64,000 bases of DNA, taken from the NCBI RefSeq assembly GCF_054482525.1, contig NZ_JBTHVG010000004.1, one strand, 5' to 3'. The translations under genes were made by a program, and so were the position numbers. Positions within the stretch are counted from its first letter, which is position 1; each line of letters starts with the position of its first letter. Shown here piece by piece: positions 57,335 to 64,000 of the stretch. The notes beneath the pieces were generated by a model. The model searched no databases. It saw only the letters and a program-made list of their open reading frames with translations, and was not told the origin of the DNA. Source of the DNA: a plasmid.

Positions 57335-60300
57335 TCATCGGCCGGGGCTGTGGGAGAGATCCTGATGCAGAGTTTTTTCCTGCCTGTCCTCCGGCTTTTG
57401 GCTGTTGGACCACTGCTGCCATGACTGCTCGAAGCCCAGGTTCCGGTACAACGCATCAGGTTGTTTTTCCGGCGTGTAGACAGCAGCAAAAAGCGGTTCT
57501 TCCCGGGTTTTCAGATGAAACTGCATAAGCTCCGGTGCAGGGCGATTCGTGCTGTCAGCATCGTGGTTTACCGCTTCACCATAACCTGCAAAGCGTAAAC
57601 CTTTGTCGGTCAGCGCATTGATAACCAGCTGACTGTTGTCGGCTGATGGGGTGGCCAGTGCCGGATACAATGTGCCGTTCAGCCGGACCACACCCTGCAG
57701 ATGTTCATCGGCACTCTGGACAAGTAGCAGGTTGAGTTCACGCGTATCCTTATCCACTGATCCCAGAACAGGTGTCAGCTTGTCAGGGGCTGCGCTGGTT
57801 ATTTCTGTTACCTGATTTGCGTTCTGTGGCGCGGAGACCGGATGTCGGTCTTCACCGATAAACAGATGTGAGCCGACGTTTTCTGGCATACGTAACGCTT
57901 TCATCTCTTCGGGCCACCCCTGGCTGATTTGCGCAGCCACTTTCATAAAGGTTTCGACCGGAATCGCCTGAATACGCTGACCTTTATCCGGATTATCATG
58001 TGATACCGAGATCCCGTTGGTAACTGACTCCATGGACCACTTATTCCGGAAACGTGCTTTTTGCTCTCCCGGGAGGATGAATTGTTCGCGGTTCTGAAGT
58101 GTCAGTGTCACCACGTCACCTTTCTGATGGTTTTTGACCAGACTTTCCAGTTGTTCCCCCCAGTAGAGTTTGCTGCCACTGCGGTTTTTAAGCTCAACAA
58201 AGAAACTCTCTCCTTTGCCGGGTGCATATTCAGCACGACCAAAATTGTGCAGTACGGCAGTCACGCTCTCTCCCGGGCGAAGTTTTCCTGGTGGTTCTTC
58301 ACCTTGTGCCGCATCTGCCGTTTTGCCAGGTTCAGCCGGTGATGATGCAGGGACGGTGCTGACGGTTGATGCTTCAGGGGCTACTGGGGACGCCGGGGAT
58401 TGTGTGGCTTCTTTTTCCTGAACAGGGTCTGGGACTGCTGGTTGTTCAGGGGTATTCCGGTTAAGTTCCGGTGTTGGCTTATGGGTGACAACAGTATCCT
58501 TACCGACAGCCATTTCCTTGCGTAATTTTTCGAGCGCCGCTCGCTGATCCGGGAATTTCATGCGCACTTTGATGTTGTGCTCGATGATCAACTGCATCGC
58601 TTTTTGCTTAAAGGCATCACTGCCCGTCAGCTCAATGACACCACCATAAAAATCAGTGGCCACAGCAAGTGCAGCCAGAACACTGCGATCGTCATTGCTG
58701 GCACCGTTGACCATTTCCAGCCGGTTTACCCGGTCAATGAAGGCAGGTTTGCCATCCAGTTTGTACAGGACGGTTCTGTCTGCTCGTTCTTCACCTTCCA
58801 GCGATTTAATGATTTCGTCCAGATTGAGCGATATCGGTGCATCAGGGCGTTCCGGGGCGTAGACAATACTGTCAGGTGCCGGTGTGGTCGTCGTGGTTTC
58901 CGGTGAGGGTGTGGGATCACTGTTCTCATGCGCCTGGGAATCCGTTTTTTTACGCGTAAAAAAGCCACGCGCTTTGTCGAGAAACGATGAAGTATTATCA
59001 GAAGATGATGTGCTCTGAACAGGTTGCTGTGGAGTGGGGTCATCCCGGACAGCCGGTTCTACTGTATCTGTTGTGGCCTGAAGTTCTGACTCATCAGCCT
59101 GAACGTGGCCTGTGTCCGGTTGCGACGGCATATCACTGTTTTCCTGCAGATGCTCAGGATTTTCATTGTTCATCAGCTCCTGATATGTGCTGTAGTTTTC
59201 GTATTCTTCGGGGCCATCTGACTCAGGAAGGAACGGCTCTGGCTGAAGGGGAATGTCTTCAGTTACATGGTTGACCGCCTCTTCCCGGGGAGTATCCGGG
59301 GATATTCCGGTGCTTTGTTTGTCATCAGGCTCCGTCATCACGGTCATTTCCTCTTTGACTGCATCAGGGGAAGGTGATGGCTCGGCTGATTCATTCATGG
59401 TTTCAGATGAGGGACTGTCTTCAGGGGATGCGGTGGTGGCAGCAGGGGCCGGTATTTCAGGTGAAGTGCCGGATTCCTGTTGTGACTCGTTTTTTTCCGG
59501 TTGTGACAGTTCAGCTTCAAATTCACGCCAGTCTTTATCTGTGGCCACCGAGACAACTTTTTCCGGAGGTTCCGCCGGATGAGCGGGTTCATCAGGGGCA
59601 GACGCCGTTGTACTTTCCGGGGACGCCAGTGATTCTGCAGGGGAGTCCTGAACTACAGAGCTTTCCGTTTGCGCCTGAACGTTATCAGCGTGCCGCTCAT
59701 CTTTGCCGTTATTTTCAGTGGCGTGACTGGTAAATGACTGTGTTTCATCAGCAATGTTACTGCTGGAAGCAGCTGGTTGTTCCTGCTGCGTGGCGGACGG
59801 CAGAGAAGGTCCCTGGTCATGGCTGTGCCCTGTATCGGGTGATGTTTCAGGATATTCTGTCGGAGTCATGGTTTTTTCCTCAGTGTGGACCGGTGTAAAA
59901 ACGAGGTTGCCTATCACCAGTGCCTCGCGCATTTCCGGGGTGTTACTGTTGGGGGTGGAAACCCCGATGTGTTCTAACTGGGCGTTGATGACATGCTGAA
60001 AAGCGGCCCGTCCCCGGCTTGCGTCCAGGTCATTGAAATCGGTCAGCCCCTGCGCTTTTTCGGCATCGGTGAACGCAGGAAAGATGACCGATCCTCCTGT
60101 CAGTTCTGCGGCTTTTGTTGCACTGACGATACCTTTGTTAACCCGGATTGCATGATCGTTGTCGGCACAGAAGATAAAGGGGCTTTGCGTCCACTTTTGC
60201 CGGGCATTTTCGGCAACGGCAATCATGTTGCCTCCATCCACCGTCATCAGTACCGGAAGGCCCGTGGCTTCGTGCAGGGAGGCCGCAGTGGCATAGCCCT

Positions 60301-61138
60301 CGGCAAACAGTACCGGCTGACCGTTGCGCGGTGTGCCCAGCGCAAACCAGTTACCGGTTTTCTCCGAATCTATCAGGATGCGGGCATCTTTCCCCCCGGT
60401 GACCGGAATACGCTGGTAAGAGCGTATCGCGCCGTTACGGTTACTGAAGGGAATAACCAGTTCATTTTTGTTGTTTACCCGCACCCCCGGTGCAGCCTGA
60501 ATGCCTTTCCGGGTCAGGTATTCATGTGCTGTGGCCTGCGGCCATTTGTTGATATAGCGGCGGGCATACGCGGCCTGTCGGTTGTACTGTGCTTTCAGTT
60601 CCCGCTCCGCGTCCTCCCTGCGTTGCATTGAATGCGCTTTCAGGTGGAGTCTTGCGCGGGGATCTGTCTGTTCTCCGCCGGAGAAGGTCCAGGTGATCGG
60701 CGAATTATCCGCGCTGCGATAATCCCTGTACCAGCCGGCAGGTCTGCCGTCCAGGAATCCGCGATATGCGCCACTTTTTTGTCCTTTTTTGTCATCGGCG
60801 GTCGGGACACGGTGGATTTTCCCGTCCATGACCGGCAGTTCTTTCAGAACCAGTCCGGCATTCTCCAGAACCTGGGCAAACTCGGTGACCGGATCACTGC
60901 CGTTCATGGAGACGTCCTGTGGCCGGGGCAGCCAGCGGTCCAGCCTGGACAGGTCCGCCCCCGGGCGGGCGAACCAGAGTTTGTGCTCCTTGTCCCAGAT
61001 GACGGGCGTGTGCCCGTTCATCGGGGGATGTGCTTTTTTGAGATCTTCTATTTCATCTGCAGGCACGGCAAGCCAGGTGCGGTAGCGGGATACAGACGGC
61101 ATGAGTGCTTCTCCTGAAAAAAGACGGAAAAAAACCAC
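57335..61138 (-). CDS. sogL: Sog DNA primase (large form SogL; conjugatively transferred primase)
   Basis: 1267 aa; N-terminal primase-like domain, about 350 aa acidic Pro/Ser/Thr/Glu-rich low-complexity linker, C-terminal domain. Confidence 0.85.
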   Translation of the reverse strand: MVFFRLFSGEALMPSVSRYRTWLAVPADEIEDLKKAHPPMNGHTPVIWDKEHKLWFARPGADLSRLDRWLPRPQDVSMNGSDPVTEFAQVLENAGLVLKELPVMDGKIHRVPTADDKKGQKSGAYRGFLDGRPAGWYRDYRSADNSPITWTFSGGEQTDPRARLHLKAHSMQRREDAERELKAQYNRQAAYARRYINKWPQATAHEYLTRKGIQAAPGVRVNNKNELVIPFSNRNGAIRSYQRIPVTGGKDARILIDSEKTGNWFALGTPRNGQPVLFAEGYATAASLHEATGLPVLMTVDGGNMIAVAENARQKWTQSPFIFCADNDHAIRVNKGIVSATKAAELTGGSVIFPAFTDAEKAQGLTDFNDLDASRGRAAFQHVINAQLEHIGVSTPNSNTPEMREALVIGNLVFTPVHTEEKTMTPTEYPETSPDTGHSHDQGPSLPSATQQEQPAASSSNIADETQSFTSHATENNGKDERHADNVQAQTESSVVQDSPAESLASPESTTASAPDEPAHPAEPPEKVVSVATDKDWREFEAELSQPEKNESQQESGTSPEIPAPAATTASPEDSPSSETMNESAEPSPSPDAVKEEMTVMTEPDDKQSTGISPDTPREEAVNHVTEDIPLQPEPFLPESDGPEEYENYSTYQELMNNENPEHLQENSDMPSQPDTGHVQADESELQATTDTVEPAVRDDPTPQQPVQSTSSSDNTSSFLDKARGFFTRKKTDSQAHENSDPTPSPETTTTTPAPDSIVYAPERPDAPISLNLDEIIKSLEGEERADRTVLYKLDGKPAFIDRVNRLEMVNGASNDDRSVLAALAVATDFYGGVIELTGSDAFKQKAMQLIIEHNIKVRMKFPDQRAALEKLRKEMAVGKDTVVTHKPTPELNRNTPEQPAVPDPVQEKEATQSPASPVAPEASTVSTVPASSPAEPGKTADAAQGEEPPGKLRPGESVTAVLHNFGRAEYAPGKGESFFVELKNRSGSKLYWGEQLESLVKNHQKGDVVTLTLQNREQFILPGEQKARFRNKWSMESVTNGISVSHDNPDKGQRIQAIPVETFMKVAAQISQGWPEEMKALRMPENVGSHLFIGEDRHPVSAPQNANQVTEITSAAPDKLTPVLGSVDKDTRELNLLLVQSADEHLQGVVRLNGTLYPALATPSADNSQLVINALTDKGLRFAGYGEAVNHDADSTNRPAPELMQFHLKTREEPLFAAVYTPEKQPDALYRNLGFEQSWQQWSNSQKPEDRQEKTLHQDLSHSPGR

Positions 61139-61191
61139 CGCCGGAAGCCGGGGGTGGCTGGGGGGATAGAAAATCGGGGGAGAAATGTTTG

Positions 61192-61743
61192 TCAGGGTCT
61201 CCAGTCTGTACCCTTATTCCAGCGATCCTGCCAGTGTTCAAGATATTGTGCGGCTACATCCGGCATATTCTTGAGCACAACGACATTCTCTGAATTCTTG
61301 CGTGCAGCAGCACGAGAGAAGTTATAGGAGCCAGTTTCAACCGTGTTTCCGTCAACAATGATGACTTTGTCGTGATGGATGGGGAAGGCATCTACAGTCC
61401 GGAGAGGAATGTCCAGCAGGTTGATATATTTCATCGCTTCCTGACTTGCCCGGTTCGTATTCCCCTTGTCATCAACAACAATACGGACGTCCACTCCGCG
61501 TTTTTTCGCTTTTGCCAGCGCATGCATTACATCCGGGTCGGTGAAGGAATATGCCATCATCCTGATGGAGCTTTCCGCACTGTTGATTGTGTCAAGCACC
61601 AGAGCGGATGCGCTTCCTTCAGGAGAAAAGCCGACCTTCACGGATGGCGTGTCGATCATTGCAAACGATGGTGTCGTGAACAGTAACGGGCATGCCAGTA
61701 GCGATACCCGGAGCAGAGTAACGATAGTTTTTTTACCTGACAT
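61192..61743 (-). CDS. nuc: Nuc, phospholipase D-family (HKD) endonuclease
   Basis: start at internal Met MSGKKTIV.. with signal peptide; HKD motif HHDKVIIVDGNTVETGSYNFS. Confidence 0.8.
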   Translation of the reverse strand: MSGKKTIVTLLRVSLLACPLLFTTPSFAMIDTPSVKVGFSPEGSASALVLDTINSAESSIRMMAYSFTDPDVMHALAKAKKRGVDVRIVVDDKGNTNRASQEAMKYINLLDIPLRTVDAFPIHHDKVIIVDGNTVETGSYNFSRAAARKNSENVVVLKNMPDVAAQYLEHWQDRWNKGTDWRP

Positions 61744-61757
61744 AAAGACTCCAGAAT

Positions 61758-62048
61758 TTAATCGAGGCCAGTCCAGTCTCGTGGTGATTCCGTATGGTGG
61801 CGATACCACCATGGACGACCGGAGGCGATGGCCCCTCTCAGAATGCTGAAAATGCGAGTACAGATCGTCCTGACAGTCCAGCCTGAACGGTCGAGAATGA
61901 CGAAAAATAAAATGATGCCGGTGCAAATCCAGAAGGTTGTTTTGGAGGGAAAGGGGCATATAAACAGATAAATCATGGTGAACGGCAGAGGTACGCCCTG
62001 GATGTTGACTGGCGGTGTTGCATATCGCCAGAAACCTTCTCTTTTCAT
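61758..62048 (-). CDS. traK: TraK (small membrane protein)
   Basis: 96 aa; hydrophobic. Confidence 0.65.
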   Translation of the reverse strand: MKREGFWRYATPPVNIQGVPLPFTMIYLFICPFPSKTTFWICTGIILFFVILDRSGWTVRTICTRIFSILRGAIASGRPWWYRHHTESPRDWTGLD

Positions 62049-63193
62049 GACCGTAACTCCCCTGGCGGGATAAAAAGAATCGCTTCTCTTCGGTCAACTT
62101 CATTCCGGATATACATTTCCAGAATCTGGTCCCGGATACGGCGCTTCTCCTGCCGGATTATGGCATCAATGTGATGCCCCCACTCTGCATGCGGCATTCC
62201 GGAAAGATTGTCGCGAAGCTCATCGTTAATGACGATATATTCCCGGACGGCTTTACGACCACCGTCATTTGTTCTGACCAGAACCTGAACCAGAATGAAC
62301 TGCAACAGTGACAGGACAGCCCAGGCCATCGAATCCCTGATGACAGGGGGAAACAGCCCAAGAAGACGTGCCAGCGTTTCACCAGGAGATTTCGTATGCA
62401 TGGTGCTCAGGCAGTAATGCCCGGTGTTGCCTGCCTGTACCGCTGCGTCGGCGGTTTCGTTATCCCTGATCTCACCAACACCGATAATTTCGGGATTACG
62501 TCGTACAGCAGAACGCAGTCCGGCAGCAAAACTGACCACATCACGCCCGATTTCTGCCTGATGCGGTGGGAGCAGATCGTTTTCATTTCCCAGGATATAT
62601 TCCACCGGGTCTTCATATGTCACGATTTTGGCGTCGGGGAAATTGTCCATAATGTAACGGTACAGTGCTGAACACAGCGTTGATTTTCCTGACCCGGTTT
62701 CACCACATACAAATCCCAGACCGCTTTTGCAGACCATTGCTTCAAGCAGGTCTGGTTCAATGTTCATGGAGAGAATGTCCGGTATTTCTGTCGGGATGAC
62801 ACGCATGGTTATTGAGACTGCTTTCTCCTCTGCACCAGATGTGCCCTGAATGAGGTGAGAGCGTAACCGGATGCGTTCTCCGCGTTTAAGACCATAGCGA
62901 CCGGATGCATCCCCGTTAATCTGTATCGTCCTGTCAACCGGATTGCCTGCCAGAACGCGGGGAACGACTTCCCGACCGAACAGTTCATCAATCAGGGAGG
63001 ACATGAGTGTGGTTGGTAACGTTGCACTGGAACAACGCACCCGTCGGCCAAAGCGACTGACAGATACAGGTGACCCACCGGTCAGATCCACATCACTGAC
63101 TTTATGTGCGGCACACCAGACAAAGAAATGCCGTAATTCATCTGCAGTGAAACGCTGAAACGGAAAAAGACCAAACTCATCAGGAATATTCAT
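62045..63193 (-). CDS. traJ: TraJ, DotB/PilT/VirB11-type secretion ATPase
   Basis: 382 aa; Walker A GETGSGKST. Confidence 0.9.
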   Translation of the reverse strand: MNIPDEFGLFPFQRFTADELRHFFVWCAAHKVSDVDLTGGSPVSVSRFGRRVRCSSATLPTTLMSSLIDELFGREVVPRVLAGNPVDRTIQINGDASGRYGLKRGERIRLRSHLIQGTSGAEEKAVSITMRVIPTEIPDILSMNIEPDLLEAMVCKSGLGFVCGETGSGKSTLCSALYRYIMDNFPDAKIVTYEDPVEYILGNENDLLPPHQAEIGRDVVSFAAGLRSAVRRNPEIIGVGEIRDNETADAAVQAGNTGHYCLSTMHTKSPGETLARLLGLFPPVIRDSMAWAVLSLLQFILVQVLVRTNDGGRKAVREYIVINDELRDNLSGMPHAEWGHHIDAIIRQEKRRIRDQILEMYIRNEVDRREAILFIPPGELRS

Positions 63194-63984
63194 CGGGAGC
63201 CTCCTTCAGTGCCTATAAGCGGACGCCAGTGAGATTTCTGAAGATTGAATTCCGCATGATTTTTAAGGCGACGAACACGATCTCCAGTGACCAGTTTTTT
63301 CCCGTCACCTGTAACGGTTTGCATTTGATCAGAAACATCCGGACGGGTGATCATGCCCTGACGCCAGAGAAGTGAGTACAGCATCATGCCCCGGTAATCA
63401 CGGGTGAGGGTTTTCTGGTTGGCTTCAAGCGTCAGGTCGGCGTTTTGTCTTCCTTCCTGCCATCCCTGCCGTAATGCGGTTTCCCACACTTTTCGTTGCA
63501 CGCTGTCTTCTGGAACGACGCTGCCTTCTGTACCCGGAGTGGCTGTTGTTGAAAGCCCCCGGAGAAGCCAGTCACGCCAGCCCGGTGGATTGCTGACAAA
63601 GCGTTCAGGGCGAATGATGGTCCAGACCCGGGAAGAGGTCCGGATTTGATCTGGCGTGATATGAGCTACGTCCTGTGCTTCATCAATAACCGGTGGTAGC
63701 CAGCCTTCCGGGCTAATCAGTGGCCGGAAATCGTATAAGGCATTAAGTGTGCTTTCCCGGGCGTTGAGTGCCTGAATCAGCTCCCATGAACGCTGAGCCT
63801 TGCCACCACGAAATCCAAGCGTTTTACCTGCGTCGGTCAGCATTTTCCAGCGTGTTTCTGACAGACTATCCGGCTTTTCACTTCGTGGTTTAAGCCATGC
63901 ATTAATGTCAGGTGGTGGCGTATTGACACCACCTGGCGAGATGGTAGGGGAAGAAGAACAACCAGTAAGCAGTATTACTGGCAA
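63190..63984 (-). CDS. traI: TraI lipoprotein (DotC-like)
   Basis: 264 aa; lipobox LLTGC. Confidence 0.8.
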   Translation of the reverse strand: MPVILLTGCSSSPTISPGGVNTPPPDINAWLKPRSEKPDSLSETRWKMLTDAGKTLGFRGGKAQRSWELIQALNARESTLNALYDFRPLISPEGWLPPVIDEAQDVAHITPDQIRTSSRVWTIIRPERFVSNPPGWRDWLLRGLSTTATPGTEGSVVPEDSVQRKVWETALRQGWQEGRQNADLTLEANQKTLTRDYRGMMLYSLLWRQGMITRPDVSDQMQTVTGDGKKLVTGDRVRRLKNHAEFNLQKSHWRPLIGTEGGSR

Positions 63985-64000
63985 AATGAGAGAGGTGAGT

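Noticed and set aside
59993-61117. Plus-strand ORFs of 212 and 161 aa within the sog primase gene
   Set aside because: Antisense to the long sogL reading frame; no ribosome-binding sites; Arg/Gly-rich composition.
61192-62103. 303 aa extended ORF for nuc reaching into traK
   Set aside because: N-terminal extension overlaps traK in another frame; internal Met with signal peptide gives a normal-sized HKD nuclease.
1-64000. Insertion sequences, transposases or CRISPR arrays as the source of the AT-rich islands
   Set aside because: No transposase-like ORF, terminal inverted repeats or regular repeat-spacer array were seen; the only island-flanking repeat is the duplicated pnd leader.

Overview
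This window reads as a contiguous stretch of an IncI1-type (I-complex) conjugative plasmid from Enterobacteriaceae, with four AT-rich insertions that carry uncharacterised cargo. All calls come from reading the sequence and the ORF track; no database search was run, so family names are recognition from memory.

Backbone, in order:
- 1-1980: replication initiator (repZ-like, open to the window edge) and a downstream origin-like region with a perfect DnaA box.
- 1981-11606: maintenance block - a RelE/ParE-type toxin-antitoxin pair, a FinO-like protein, a ResD-type resolvase, a small ParA plus RHH partner, and a ParM/ParR actin-type partition pair.
- 11608-13564: SOS mutagenesis operon impC-impA-impB with a perfect LexA box.
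- 13958-29752: leading region - orphan adenine methyltransferase, klcA/ardB-like, ssb, ParB-like protein, psiB-psiA, ardA, an Rpn-family nuclease, and five copies of two ssi/Frpo-like repeat families.
- 30185-33452: oriT and nikA-nikB relaxosome.
- 34466-63984: type IVB (Dot/Icm-like) transfer genes trbCBA, pndCA (Hok-like killer), excA, traY through traI, sogL primase and nuc.

Best candidates for something undescribed:
1. Two divergent single-gene AT-rich islands (4713-5765 and 39354-40445) whose products share a C-terminal basic motif. The second is flanked by a ~170 bp duplication of the pnd leader.
2. An AT-rich island between nikB and trbC carrying a DUF2971-like protein (33575-34393).
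3. Uncharacterised genes sitting directly behind Frpo/ssi-like elements (26036-26470, 28901-29752).
4. An Rpn nuclease followed by a separate small ORF resembling its own C-terminal domain (26894-28041).
5. A TisB-like small hydrophobic peptide ORF (41724-41831).

No rRNA, tRNA, CRISPR array or transposase gene was seen.
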